A DNA stretch of 63,960 nt, the filler included, from Octopus bimaculoides (taxonomy: Eukaryota): assembly GCF_001194135.2 (NCBI RefSeq). It is 5 parts of 4 records of this genome, joined end to end, with 100 filler letters (N's around TTAATTAATTAA, not from the genome) between each part and the next. Parts side by side here need not be neighbours in the genome. Positions count along the whole stretch, not along the records: positions 17,267 to 30,200 come from NC_068981.1; positions 30,301 to 50,535 come from NC_069004.1; 3 more parts are not named here. The stretch is one strand, 5' to 3'. A program made the translations under genes and the position numbers. Position 1 is the first letter of the stretch. Each line of letters opens with the position of its first letter. This document shows, one piece after another, positions 23,700-36,924 of the stretch. The notes beneath the pieces were generated by a model that searched no databases, was not told where the DNA came from, and saw only the letters and a list, made by a program, of their open reading frames with translations.

Positions 23700-24170
23700 T
23701 AATGTAATAAATATTGATTTCAAATTTTGGTACAAGGCCAGAAATTTCGTGGGTGGGGGTGGGGGTAAGTCGATTACATTGACCCCAGTGTTCAGCTGGT
23801 ACTTATTTTATCGACCTTGAAAGGATAAAAAGCGAAGTCGACTTCGGCGGAATTTGAACACAGAATGTAAAGACGGACGATATGCTGCTAAGCATTTTGA
23901 CCGGCGTGCTTACGATTCTGCCAGCTCACCGCCTTCTTAATGTAATAAATATTGGCTTCGGATTTTGGCACAAGGCCAAAAATTTTGAATTCGGGGCTAA
24001 GTCGATTACATCAACTCCAGTGCTTCTCTAATACCTATTTTATCGACCCGGAAAGGATGAAAAGGAAAGTTGACTTCGGCGGAATTTGAACTCAGAACGC
24101 CGAGAACGGACAAAATGCCACGAAGCATTTTATCCGGTGTGCTAACTGTTCTGCCATCACGCCGTCTTTG
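23700..24170 (-). mobile_element. Two tandem SINE family A copies
   Basis: Two reverse-complement units each ending ctgccagctcaccgcc / ctgccatcacgcc. Confidence 0.9.
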
Positions 24171-25344
24171 TTTAAAGTAATGGATATTAGCAAAGCGTTT
24201 TAAGGCTGACGTAAAATCCGCAGCCAGTGTCAATGTTTGTGAATCGATGTCAATTACAGATTGAATGCATTTCATGTTACTTATACTGCTTAATACTCAT
24301 GAAATAAAATGAAATCACCAAAGGTTTTATATCTATCTTTACTAAATCATTTATGGAATCACTAAACAAAGGTTTGTAGTGCTTACGTCAGCATTAGAAC
24401 ATTTGCTATATATTATATTGAAGCTGCAAGCCTAAAATGAGGATACGAATATTTTCTTAAGAAGTGAATGAATGTGATAACTCTGAAACAACCCCGAAGT
24501 GAGATACGAGGTTCGTATGTGCTCTCAGAGAGCTGCAGCGAAGGCTTGGTTTCAGTTCCTGGAAGAAATCATTTCACTTCATTTAAACTACTAACATCCT
24601 TGGGGGAAGAATGAATATCTCGATCTTACCATCGTTTCTTTTATAAAAGTTTGATGTCTACTTAAAAGAAATCCATATCGTGAAGACAGGAGATAGTTTT
24701 GCACATGTGCGTTTGTGTGAATGTGTACCTGTATAAGTGTGCATATGAATGCGAATATATGTGTACGTGTATATTGGTGTGCGATGCGTTACGCTTGAGG
24801 GTAGAAAGAGTACATTTATTTGCACAATACTAAAAATAATACGTTAAGTTATTATGTTGACAAAGTGAAAACAAAAAAATAGATCAATAACTTTTGAATT
24901 TGACAAGTTGGTGTCTACTGACTGATAAATGGAATTAGGTGTCATTACAAAGTAGGCTTTAGGGCAAAAATAGTTCTGTGGAGCAGAAATAATATTTAAT
25001 TCTTCAAATAGGGTTCAAAAGGCAACAGAAAGAGGAATTGTTTGGAGAAGTCAAACAGAAAAGTATAGAAATAGAAAGTGAGAAAGATTGGTAGAGGGAA
25101 AGGAAGAAAATATAGTTTGATTATCTTGAAGTATGCTGTAAGTCTTAAAACTTGAACGACTTTAAATGCTTTCGTTTTGGAAACCTACTAACCCTTTTAA
25201 CTTCGAAGTTGAATACTACTCACGTAGGACCTTGATCGTGACCCCAATCATTAAGAAGTAAAAGGAAGTCTGTCAATCTTATTATATTATTCCAGCGTTT
25301 AATCTCCAACACTCTACAAATAACGGTTAACTATTGCGAGGAAG

Positions 25345-25850
25345 GCGACGAGCTGGCAGAATCGTAAGCACGCTGCACGAATTGCTTCGCGGCATTTCGC
25401 CCGTCGCTGCGTTCTGAGTTCAAGTTCTGCCGAGGTCGACTTTGCTTTTCATCCTTTCGGGGTCGATAAATTAAGTACCAGTGAAACACTNNNNNNNNNN
25501 TTTTCATCCTTTCGGGGTCGATAAATTAAGTACCAGTGAAACACTGGGGTTGATGTAATCGACTGGTCCCCTCCCCCAAACTTTCGGGCCTTATGCCTAG
25601 AGTAGAATACATTACAGATATGCATATCTAAGGCGGTGAGCTGGCCGAATCGTTAGAACGTCGAACGAAATGCTTTGCGGTATTTCGTCTGTCGCTATGT
25701 TCTGAGTTCAAATTCCGCCGGGGTTGACTTTGCCTTTCATCCTTTCGGGGCCGATAAAATAAGTACCAGTTACGCACTGGCGTCGATCTAATCGACTAGC
25801 CCCCGCCCCCAAATTTCAGGCCTTGTGCCTATAGTAGAAAAAATTACTAA
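25345..25850 (+). mobile_element. Two tandem SINE family A copies
   Basis: ggcgacgagctggcagaatc (~25345) and ggcggtgagctggccgaatc (~25631). Confidence 0.9.
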
Positions 25851-26279
25851 TATGTATATCTACCCGGCTCTGTGTACATGGGATTGTGATTGTGGGGCGG
25901 TCGTATGCGAATGAAGGGTGTTATGATAATTGTTTTTAATCTAGGCACAAGATCAACAATTTTCAGAGAAAGGGTCAGTCGGTTACATCAACTCCAGTTC
26001 TGGATTGCTACTTTAGTTTACCGATTCCGAAAGGATGGAAAGAAACGGCGCGATCGGCCGGATTTGAACTCAGCACATAAAGAGGCTGAACAAATACGGT
26101 TAAATACTGCAAAATGGGCGCAAGTGGCAACTAAGAGTCGGGTAGAGACCTATAGAGACTCTCAGAACTTACAAGGTTTTGGTGCCCCCCATATATATGT
26201 AATTCAAAATATAAACAATAATAAACCATAAAATAAATTTTTACTTTTCAAGATGAAACAAAACTAATAGTAAAATGGG

Positions 26280-26555
26280 AAATAAGTAGCTTGCTTACGA
26301 ATCACATGGCTCCGGGTTCAGTCCCNNNNNNNNNNTATGTGTATGTTTGTGTGTCTGTGTTTGTCCCCCCAACATCGCTTGACAACCGATGCTGATGTGT
26401 TTACGTCTCTGTAACTTAGCGGTTCGGCAAAAGACACCGATAGAATAAGTACTAAGCTTACAAAGAATAAGTCCTGGGGTCGATTTGCTCGACTAAAGGC
26501 GGTGCTCCAGCATGGCCACAGTCAAATGACTGAAACCAGTAAAAGAGCAAGGAGT
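26280..26555 (+). mobile_element. SINE family B
   Basis: Head remnant plus full tail ..ggcggtgctccagcatggccacagtcaaatgactgaaac. Confidence 0.85.
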
Positions 26556-27299
26556 ATACTTCCAATTTATATATATTTGAAAAGTTTTGAACTTGCAGAG
26601 TCTTTGATCAGATCCTCGCTATGACACCATGCGGTCTTCGAAAATATATTTCCGATCATACTTTCAATATTCTTTTCTACTCTAGGCACAAGGCCCGAAA
26701 TTTTGGGGGTGAGGGCCAGTCGATTAGATCGATTCCAGCACGCAACTGGTACTTAATTTATCGACCCCGAAAGGATGAAAAGCAAAGCCGACCTCGGCGG
26801 AATGATCATACTTTCAATATTATTTTTGCAAGTTTAAAGTTATTTCTTTTGTGCCGTAAACCATTTACCATTTCTGTGGTCCTCCCATCTTACTACCTTC
26901 TTTTGATGTCTTAAGCACGTGCTTATTTTGCCTAATGGTGAAACCTGCACTGCTGCAACTACGTGGTTTCGGGTTCCAGCCCACTGCGTGGAACCTTCGG
27001 CAGGTGTTTTCTACTAAAATACTTCAAGACGATCAAAGTTGTAAAATTTGGTTAACAAGAACTACTGTGGCAGCTCATTTGAGAGACTAGCACATTTCTT
27101 GAAAGATAAGCTTAATCCATCCCTTGGTGTAACACCACCACCCGGTCCATGGGTGTCTTTAGCAGAGACTCCGGTCTGAGGATATTTTCCCCCCTTCCTC
27201 CCACCAGTCTAAAAACGGTCATGGGCATTGTTCCTTCTCTAAACAAGCGATATTTTTTTTTTATACATTTATTTATTTATTTATTTATCTAATTATTTG

Positions 27300-27930
27300 G
27301 AAATTATGATGTTTGATGATGGTAAAATAGGACAAGGGAGACGGATGACAATAGTAGTGTTCTAGATGATGATTGGGAGGGAGGGGCAATGGTGGTAGTT
27401 GTGGAGGGGCAATGGTGGTAGTGGTGATGCTGATGCTGATGATGATGATGATGATGATGATAGGGAGGGAGGGGCAATTGTGGTAGTGGCAATGCTGATG
27501 ATAATGACGACGACGACGACGACGATGATGTTGATGATGATGATGATAATGATGATGATGTTGACGACGATATCGGCGACGTCTCGCTGGTGATTGTGCA
27601 GGGTGCGTGAAGGGGTGAGGAGTGGGAGGGACAAAAAAAAGATAAAAAAAGAAAAAAAGAAAAAGGTTCCTGTCGACAGTCGTGGAGATCGGGAAGTAGA
27701 GGAGGTAGATGTTGGTGTGTGTGTGTGAAGTGTCGAGGAGAGAAGGAGGGAGAAGAAGGGAATGAGAGAAGGAGAGACAGGAGTAGAAGGGGGTGATGTC
27801 CCGAGAGTAAGAGAGAGAGAGAGAGAGAAATAACATAAAGTTAACCTCCCACTATTGCTCCCTCCCTCTCTCTCTTTCTCTCTCTCATTCTTTCCCTCTC
27901 TCTCTCTCTCATTCTCTGATTCTTTCTCTT
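27300..27930. repeat. Low-complexity (GAT)n/(GAC)n/(GA)n/(CT)n tract
   Basis: Directly visible; it explains the poly-His/Asp/Ile ORFs in the track. Confidence 0.9.
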
Positions 27931-28269
27931 CACAATTCCCCACCCGTCTGCTTTTCTTCGTCCTTCCTCACCCTAACCCCTTCTATGCACAAAAACACAT
28001 CCAATACATGTTCCGCACCAACCCCTAACACAATCTTTCCGTCCCTATACGCATACTTTTGGCCGCATTCGTATACATGAATAGATGCACACACACACAC
28101 ACACATATATAAAAATGCGCGCATGTATGTATGCATGCATGGTGTATATTTATATCGTCTCTGAAAGTATAATACGCGTGTGTGTGTTTGTTTGTGTATG
28201 TGCGAATGATATATTCATTGTCATCACTACCACCACTAATCGCCACCGTCATTGCTCCCCCTCCCTCCT

Positions 28270-28313
<44 letters not shown>

Positions 28314-29336
28314 ACACTACCACCACCATCACCACCACTATCGCCACTACCATCACTGCATATGGTGCTCTAGCATGACCGCAGCAGCATGGCTGAAACA
28401 GATAAAAAGATAAAAGAATATGAGGCTGCGATCATACTGGAGCACCGCCAGTGTTTTATATATATATATATAAATATATGTACTTATATATATACATTCA
28501 TACATATACACANNNNNNNNNNNNNNNNNNNNNNNNNNNNNNNNNNNNNNNNNNNNNNNNNNNNNNNNNNNNNNNNNNNNNNNNNNNNNNNNNNNNNNNN
28601 NNNNNNNNNNNNNNNNNNNNNNNNNNNNNNNNNNNNNNNNNNNNNNNNNNNNNNNNNNNNNNNNNNNNNNNNNNNNNNNNNNNNNNNNNNNNNNNNNNNN
28701 NNNNNNNNNNNNNNNNNNNNNNNNNNNNNNNNNNNNNNNNNNNNNNNNNNNNNNNNNNNNNNNNNNNNNNNNNNNNNNNNNNNNNNNNNNNNNNNNNNNN
28801 NNNNNNNNNNNNNNNNNNNNNNNNNNNNNNNNNNNNNNNNNNNNNNNNNNNNNNNNNNNNNNNNNNNNNNNNNNNNNNNNNNNNNNNNNNNNNNNNNNNN
28901 NNNNNNNNNNNNNNNNNNNNNNNNNNNNNNNNNNNNNNNNNNNNNNNNNNNNNNNNNNNNNNNNNNNNNNNNNNNNNNNNNNNNNNNNNNNNNNNNNNNN
29001 NNNNNNNNNNNNNNNNNNNNNNNNNNNNNNNNNNNNNNNNNNNNNNNNNNNNNNNNNNNNNNNNNNNNNNNNNNNNNNNNNNNNNNNNNNNNNNNNNNNN
29101 NNNNNNNNNNNNNNNNNNNNNNNNNNNNNNNNNNNNNNNNNNNNNNNNNNNNNNNNNNNNNNNNNNNNNNNNNNNNNNNNNNNNNNNNNNNNNNNNNNNN
29201 NNNNNNNNNNNNNNNNNNNNNNNNNNNNNNNNNNNNNNNNNNNNNNNNNNNNNNNNNNNNNNNNNNNNNNNNNNNNNNNNNNNNNNNNNNNNNNNNNNNN
29301 NNNNNNNNACACACACACACACACATATATATAGCC

Positions 29337-29684
29337 GTATTTTACAATGTTGTAAATAATAATAATGGTATTTTTATATAAGCTTAAAGCTTATGCCGTT
29401 CACCATGCAATGACTAAACGAAAATAGTCTATTAACGGAGCATATAAGCCCTCGACAGAAAAAAGAATGCTTTCCTATCTGCGTGGGACGCGAACCCACA
29501 TCCCTTTGTTCACATGAATAAGTGTGGTACCTTCACACATATAGGAAAGCCTTCTTTTTTCTGTCGAGTGCTTATATACTCTGTTATTAGACTATTTTCC
29601 TTAGTCATTGCACGGTGAACGCCATAAACATTAATGTTATATAAAAATACCATTATCATTATTATTTACAAGATTATAAAATAC
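29337..29684. mobile_element. Foldback/MITE with ~140-bp inverted arms and a tRNA-like loop
   Basis: 29337-29478 aligns to the reverse complement of 29541-29684 with scattered mismatches; loop contains ggacgcgaacc (B-box on - strand). Confidence 0.85.
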
Positions 29685-30244
29685 TGCGTCGTATAGCAAA
29701 ACCATTTCCACCGAAAGTATATATATGTATATCATCTCTCTCTCTCTATCTCTTGTTGCTCGTCCTTCGCCTCTCACCGTTACTGCTACTATCTCTCTCT
29801 CTCTCTCTACCTCTCGTTGCTCACTTTTATTCTACTTCCTCCCCTTCTTTTCCCTCTGCTACTCTTTCTCCTTACACAGCCCTGGTCACGTGTGTCCGGC
29901 TACTATTTCTTTTCGTTCTTGGACTCCCCAAGCTCGCACGGACTTCTTTGCCCCTCCTGTTCGTGCTTCACAGCGTTCAATATATACACACTTCACGTCT
30001 GGCTGTACAGCCTTTTTGCTTGTTTGTTTATTCACCGTTTCGTTTTTCTGTCTTGTTTTCCATCCGCCACTACCCTCCACGAAAAAAAATTAATTTGTGT
30101 TCGTGGGAAGAACCATTTCAACGATGCGTACTGCCTTAACTCTTCGAAACGCCGGTGTTTTAATGGTGGCAGCTGATGAAGGAGATGTTTCTATGTAGCT
30201 NNNNNNNNNNNNNNNNNNNNNNNNNNNNNNNNNNNNNNNNNNNN

Positions 30245-30256
30245 TTAATTAATTAA
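30245..30256. other. Synthetic scaffold linker TTAATTAATTAA
   Basis: As at 17211. Confidence 0.9.
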
Positions 30257-30300
30257 NNNNNNNNNNNNNNNNNNNNNNNNNNNNNNNNNNNNNNNNNNNN

Positions 30301-30921
30301 AAAGAACTTGCAGAAGATGGTTTGCAAATTCAGAAGTGGAGATTTCAGTCTTGAAGATGAAGATCGAACAGGACGTCCAGTTGAGTTTGATGATAAGCTC
30401 CTTGAGGCATTACTTGAAGACAATCCTGCATTATCAGTTGAAGAATTGGCGATAAAGCTTAGTTCAAACCACACAACTGTTCGTCGTCATCTTCAACAAC
30501 TTGGAAAATGGGTGCCTCATGAATTGTCCGAAAACAACAGGAAATCCCGAGTTGACATCTGCTCTTCTTTCCATTCTCGCGAACTCATTTCACCCTTTTT
30601 GGATAGACTTGTGACCTGTGACGAAAAATGGATCTTCTATCGAAAGGTTAAATGTCGTAAACAGTGACTTGCTAAAAGGGAAAAAAACTCAACCACAACT
30701 GAGAAGGGAACTTCATGGGAAAAAGGTTCTTCTCTCTATCTGGTGGGATTGCAAAGGAATAATTCACTTTGAATTGTTACCACCTCATGCAACAATCAAT
30801 GCTCAAGTCTACTGTCAGCAATTAGAGCGTTGAACCAAGCTTTGAAGAAAAAAAGACCCGCTTTAGTGAATCGAAAAAGACTGATGTTTCATCAGGACAA
30901 TGCGCGACCCTACACTGCAAG
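30301..30921 (+). pseudogene. Mariner (DD34D-type) transposase, defective, bounded by gaps
   Basis: FRSGDFSLEDEDRTGRP..GKWVPHEL..VTCDEKW..KKVLLSIWWDCKGIIHFELL..YCQQL..FHQDNARP, with in-frame stops at ~30665 and ~30831. Confidence 0.95.
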
Positions 30922-31558
30922 NNNNNNNNNNNNNNNNNNNNNNNNNNNNNNNNNNNNNNNNNNNNNNNNNNNNNNNNNNNNNNNNNNNNNNNNNNNNNNN
31001 NNNNNNNNNNNNNNNNNNNNNNNNNNNNNNNNNNNNNNNNNNNNNNNNNNNNNNNNNNNNNNNNNNNNNNNNNNNNNNNNNNNNNNNNNNNNNNNNNNNN
31101 NNNNNNNNNNNNNNNNNNNNNNNNNNNNNNNNNNNNNNNNNNNNNNNNNNNNNNNNNNNNNNNNNNNNNNNNNNNNNNNNNNNNNNNNNNNNNNNNNNNN
31201 NNNNNNNNNNNNNNNNNNNNNNNNNNNNNNNNNNNNNNNNNNNNNNNNNNNNNNNNNNNNNNNNNNNNNNNNNNNNNNNNNNNNNNNNNNNNNNNNNNNN
31301 NNNNNNNNNNNNNNNNNNNNNNNNNNNNNNNNNNNNNNNNNNNNNNNNNNNNNNNNNNNNNNNNNNNNNNNNNNNNNNNNNNNNNNNNNNNNNNNNNNNN
31401 NNNNNNNNNNNNNNNNNNNNNNNNNNNNNNNNNNNNNNNNNNNNNNNNNNNNNNNNNNNNNNNNNNNNNNNNNNNNNNNNNNNNNNNNNNNNNNNNNNNN
31501 NNNNNNNNNNNNNNNNNNNNNNNNNNNNNNNNNNNNNNNNNNNNNNNNNNNNNNNNNN

Positions 31559-31589
<31 letters not shown>

Positions 31590-31736
31590 GCGAAAAAGAA
31601 GCTTCAGTGATGCTTTGCCTCCTGCAGAAACTGTAGAAGTCACTCAGAGGTTTTTAGAAGCGCTTCCAAATGCATTGCAATGCCAGAAACCCTTCCATGT
31701 CATCAGCAAGTACCTGACGATCACAAGCGTATCGAT

Positions 31737-31800
31737 CCTGAGTCTGTATGCTTCACCTGAGTCTGTATGCTTCACCTGAGTCTGTATGCTTCACCTGAGT
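31737..31800. repeat. 19-bp tandem repeat cctgagtctgtatgcttca, 3 perfect units plus partial
   Basis: Directly visible. Confidence 0.95.
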
Positions 31801-31847
31801 GTGGCAGTGAGGACTGAGCTAGTCTTCACCTGCGGAAGGGTTCCATA

Positions 31848-32245
31848 TAGGCGTAGGTGTGTTGTTAAGAAGCTTGCTTCTCAACCACATGGTTCCGGGT
31901 TCAGTCCCACTGTTTGGCACTTTGGACGAGTATCTTCTACTATAGCCTCGGACCGACCAAAGCCTTGTGATTGGATTGGGTAGTCAGAAACTTAAAGAAG
32001 CCTCTGTGTGCGTGTGTCTATGTATATGTATGTACGTATATGTTTGTGTGTCTGTGTTTGTCCCCCACCATTGCTTGACAACCAATGATGGTGTGTTTAT
32101 GTCCCTGTAACTCAGCGGTTCGGCAAAAGAGACCGATAGAATAAGTACTGGGCTTACAAAGGCTAAGTCCTGGGGTCGATTTGTTCGACTAATGGCGGTA
32201 CTCCAGCATGGCCCCGCAGTCAAATGATTGAAACAAATAAAAGAG
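31848..32245 (+). mobile_element. SINE family B, complete
   Basis: Head aagaagcttgcttctcaaccacatggttccgggttcagtccc, microsatellite spacer, tail to gaaacaaataaaagag. Confidence 0.9.
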
Positions 32246-32980
32246 TAGAAGAAGCCGGAAAAATAGCGCAAGACAGTTTGTCCGACGTTGTAACGATTCT
32301 GCCAATCGGTGTCATCGCCACCATCCTCTTCTTTCTCCTCCTCATCACCATCATCATTATAATCATCATCACCATCATTACAATCTCCTTCAACCAGCAC
32401 CACTACCACCATCATCGTCATCATCATCATCATCATCACCATCATCGTCATCATCACCAGCACCACCATCAGCGCCACCAGCACACAACCACCACCGCCA
32501 CAGTCATCATCATCATCATTATCGTAAAGATCGTCATCGTTATTATCAGTAGATAAAGCAGTTTCATGTAGAAAACTACACACACNNNNNNNNNNNNNNN
32601 NNNNNNNNNNNNNNNNNNNNNNNNNNNNNNNNNNNNNNNNNNNNNNNNNNNNNNNNNNNNNNNNNNNNNNNNNNNNNNNNNNNNNNNNNNNNNNNNNNNN
32701 NNNNNNNNNNNNNNNNNNNNNNNNNNNNNNNNNNNNNNNNNNNNNNNNNNNNNNNNNNNNNNNNNNNNNNNNNNNNNNNNNNNNNNNNNNNNNNNNNNNN
32801 NNNNNNNNNNNNNNNNNNNNNNNNNNNNNNNNNNNNNNNNNNNNNNNNNNNNNNNNNNNNNNNNNNNNNNNNNNNNNNNNNACAATGTTATCCATTGATA
32901 TGTAAATAAACAGCAATAACGGCGAATGTGGTCGTCTTGTAAACATTGAATGGGAGAGTGGTGGACGTGTCTTGCGAACG

Positions 32981-33013
<33 letters not shown>

Positions 33014-33154
33014 ATACCGGGAGGGAGGAAGAGAGAGTAAGAGACAGACAGACAGACAAATGGACAGACTTACGAGATAGACAGACAGACAGACAGATAG
33101 ATAGATAAAGAGAAAGACAGGTAGATAGATAGATAGACAGATAGAAAGACAGAC

Positions 33155-33205
<51 letters not shown>

Positions 33206-33262
33206 GACAGGCAGATAGATAGATAGAGAGAAAGACAGGTGGATAGATAGATAGATAGATAG

Positions 33263-33475
33263 ATGGTTAGCACGCCGGTCGAAATGCTTAGCGGTATTTC
33301 GTCTGCCGTTACGTTCTGAGTTCAAATTCCGCCGAGGTCGACTTTGCCTTTCATCCTTTCGGAGTCGATAAAATAAGTACCAGTTACGCACTGGGGTCGA
33401 TATAATCGACTTAATCCGTTTGTCTGTCCGTGTTCGTCCCCTCTGTGTGTAGCCCCTTGTGGGCAGTAAAGAAAT

Positions 33476-33480
<5 letters not shown>
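33263..33480 (+). mobile_element. SINE family A long-tail variant embedded in (GATA)n
   Basis: gttagcacgccggtcgaaatgcttagcgg..gagttcaaattccgccgaggtcgac.. Confidence 0.9.
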
Positions 33481-33523
<43 letters not shown>

Positions 33524-34162
33524 CAGATAGACAGACGGACAGACAGATAAATAGGTAGATAGATAATAAAACGGACATAAACGCGTATATACTAAGAGAG
33601 AGAGAGAGGGGGAGGGGAAAGAAAGTCATAGAGAAGTTAGGATGTCTTACAGGTAGCTGTAGGTATCCAGGGTCGGCTTAGACAGGTTTTTCACCTATAG
33701 TGTTATGGATAAGGATACAGGTAGAGCAGTGCAGTGGATTGTATTGTCACATAGCGAGAGTGTGTGTGTGTGTGTGTATATATGTATATGTATGTGACCG
33801 ACATACATACATACACACACACACAAACTCACACACATATCTATATATGTATATATAGTGCTCATACAGGCATGTGTTGTGTGTGTGTGTGTGTGTATGT
33901 GCATTGGATGTACATAGCTATATGTATGTATGTATATATGCATATATATGCACATCGCTATATTGTGTGTGTATATATATATATTTGTCTAAATGTACAT
34001 ATCTATGTGTATGTATGTTTGTATGTGTATGCATATACATGTTGCAATATCTATGTGTATGTGCGGTTATCTGTCTATCCATGTGTGTGTGTGTGTACGT
34101 CTCTAGCCAAAAATCACCTGTTTCTACGTCTCCTTCGCACATGAACACGAAACCTCGTTTAC

Positions 34163-34200
<38 letters not shown>

Positions 34201-34859
34201 TCATATATCCCCCACACACACTCACACACACACACACACACGTTCATAAACCATTAAACACACCCACGTACACGCTATGTCGGTGTGTTGGCATTTGTTT
34301 ATGATCGCATCATATAAGAGAACTCAGTCGGTTAAGCATCTCGTATGTGTGTATATATNNNNNNNNNNNNNNNNNNNNNNNNNNNNNNNNNNNNNNNNNN
34401 NNNNNNNNNNNNNNNNNNNNNNNNNNNNNNNNNNNNNNNNNNNNNNNNNNNNNNNNNNNNNNNNNNNNNNNNNNNNNNNNNNNNNNNNNNNNNNNNNNNN
34501 NNNNNNNNNNNNNNNNNNNNNNNNNNNNNNNNNNNNNNNNNNNNNNNNNNNNNNNNNNNNNNNNNNNNNNNNNNNNNNNNNNNNNNNNNNNNNNNNNNNN
34601 NNNNNNNNNNNNNNNNNNNNNNNNNNNNNNNNNNNNNNNNNNNNNNNNNNNNNNNNNNNNNNNNNNNNNNNNNNNNNNNNNNNNNNNNNNNNNNNNNNNN
34701 NNNNNNNNNNNNNNNNNNNNNNNNNNNNNNNNNNNNNNNNNNNNNNNNNNNNNNNNNNNNNNNNNNNNNNNNNNNNNNNNNNNNNNNNNNNNNNNNNNNN
34801 NNNNNNNTACGCACTTACACACACAAAGACGTATACACGCACACGCGCGCAGCTTCCTC

Positions 34860-34899
34860 CTTCTCCATCCTCTCTCTCTAAGTGTGTTACTCTTTTTAT

Positions 34900-34942
<43 letters not shown>

Positions 34943-35940
34943 ACGTGTTGTCACAGACATACACCCACCCACACACCTATCAGCTTTGCTTCTTCCCTCT
35001 CTTTCACTCTCTATCTCTCTCTCCCTCTCTCTTGTCACTTTCTTTTACTCTCTCTCTTTCCCTTTCTCGCTCTTTCTGTCTCTCCCTCTCTCTCCCCCCT
35101 TTCTCTCTCATAATCTATTGTTATTCTTTTCGCATTCTCTTCTCACAGTCTCCATCCTTCTCTCTCTCTTTTCCTCTATATTTACTATACTTACACTTTC
35201 TCCCCCCCTCTCTCTCTCTCTCTCTCTCTCTTTCTAGCTCTCGTCTGTTCACTCGCATCCTAACCGCACACATACACACACACACATATACACACACCCG
35301 TCCACTGTGCCTACTCCTCCCATTGTCACTCTTACTCTTTTTGTATTTTCTTTTACATCCTCGCTCACTCCCTTATTTCTTAACAACCTCTCTCTCTCTC
35401 TCTCTTGTCCATCACTCTTTCTCCCCATCTCACTCCCTCTCATTCACTCCCCCCACTATCAATCCCTTTCTCCTTTCCTTCTATCCCATTCACATAACGG
35501 TTATCTATCCTCGTTTAACCTCCCCCCTCTCACACACCCTTTCTCTTTCTTTTTATCTCTCAGTCTATTTCTCCCTTTACGTCACTCTTTACCTCTTCCG
35601 CCACTCTTTACTCTCTCTCTCTCTCTCTCTCTCCATCCTTCAATCTCTATATTCTCTCTCTCTCTCACTCGCCAAGCCAACACGCACACACAGTCACGCA
35701 AACAATACACACACACACACACTCACACGCACACATGCTTACACTTACTCCTATTTCTCTTCCTCTCTAGCTCTAACTCCCTCTCTCCACTATTTATTCA
35801 ACTCACACATATACTCCCTCCAATCTGTCCCCCCTCTCTCTATCTCCCTCTATCTTTCTCCACCTAACTCTCTCTCTCCCTCCTCCCCCCATCATATCTC
35901 TCTGCCTTTCACCTCATTCCCTTCTCTTACTCTATCCAAC
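34860..35940. repeat. Long polypyrimidine (CT)n-rich low-complexity tract
   Basis: Directly visible; source of the spurious 371-aa Ser/Leu ORF. Confidence 0.9.
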
Positions 35941-36883
35941 AGTTGTTGCCAACAAGCCATGTCTTCCGTAAGCAGTTTCTTTTCCCACAGTCTTTAATTC
36001 TTGCCTCGAAAAACTTCCCCAACCGCGACGCCAACAAGGGTGTGCTTCTACCCCAATTAGGGACTTTTTCTTTTTTTTTTTTTGATTTTAGTTTTTTTAT
36101 TATCTAGATTTAAAACAAAAACAACACAAAAAATATATATATATATATATAAATATTTACACACACGCATATATATACACATATATATATATACATACAT
36201 AAATATATTTTATAATCCTTGTTTTATTACCTCATGTTAAACTGCTTGTAATCAAGTTATAAGACGAACAAATTGTTACTAATATACACTCACTCGGACG
36301 TAGAAGTCAAACCACATATATATATATACATACATACATTCGCAAATGCACTTATATACTGGAAAATAATCTTTATCACTGGAAACCAGAAGAATAAAGA
36401 AAACGAAGGAGAAAACGAAGCTTAAAGGAGAACAAGAACAAACGACAATATAATAATAATTACTATTATTATTGTTTCTATTATTATTATTATTATTATT
36501 ACTATTACTATTATTATTATTATTATACAACTGAGATGCGGAGGAAAACACGACTTTGGGTTACGTATGTGTGACGTCTGGGCAAATGTTAGCCCTATAT
36601 CTTAAACGGGTTACCACAGTGGGCGGTGTTTTTTAAAGAAACAGAAAGACAGAAAAGATAAGAAGCAGTGTACGTATATATATTCTCGTTAATTGTGTCT
36701 GTAAACAGAATTTGAGAACGAAGTGAGTTGATCTTGGTTGCTGTAAATTAAACACTATTATATACATATACACATAGATGTATATCCACACACTGGTATC
36801 ATATATTTATTGTATACAAAGAAACGACGTCCACAGTGAGTAGAATTTTTTTGGTCTGCTTATAAACAGAGTAAGGTGCTTGT

Positions 36884-36924
<41 letters not shown>

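Noticed and set aside
25446-25545. 45-bp exact direct repeat around a 10-N gap
   Set aside because: Overlapping contig ends; assembly artefact.
30100-30200. GAAACGCCGGTGT and CTGATGAA as a permuted hammerhead
   Set aside because: Stems cannot be closed consistently and the sequence is cut by a scaffold linker.
34882-35997. Longest ORF in the window (371 aa, Ser/Leu-rich)
   Set aside because: Polypyrimidine tract that cannot encode stops; no domain.
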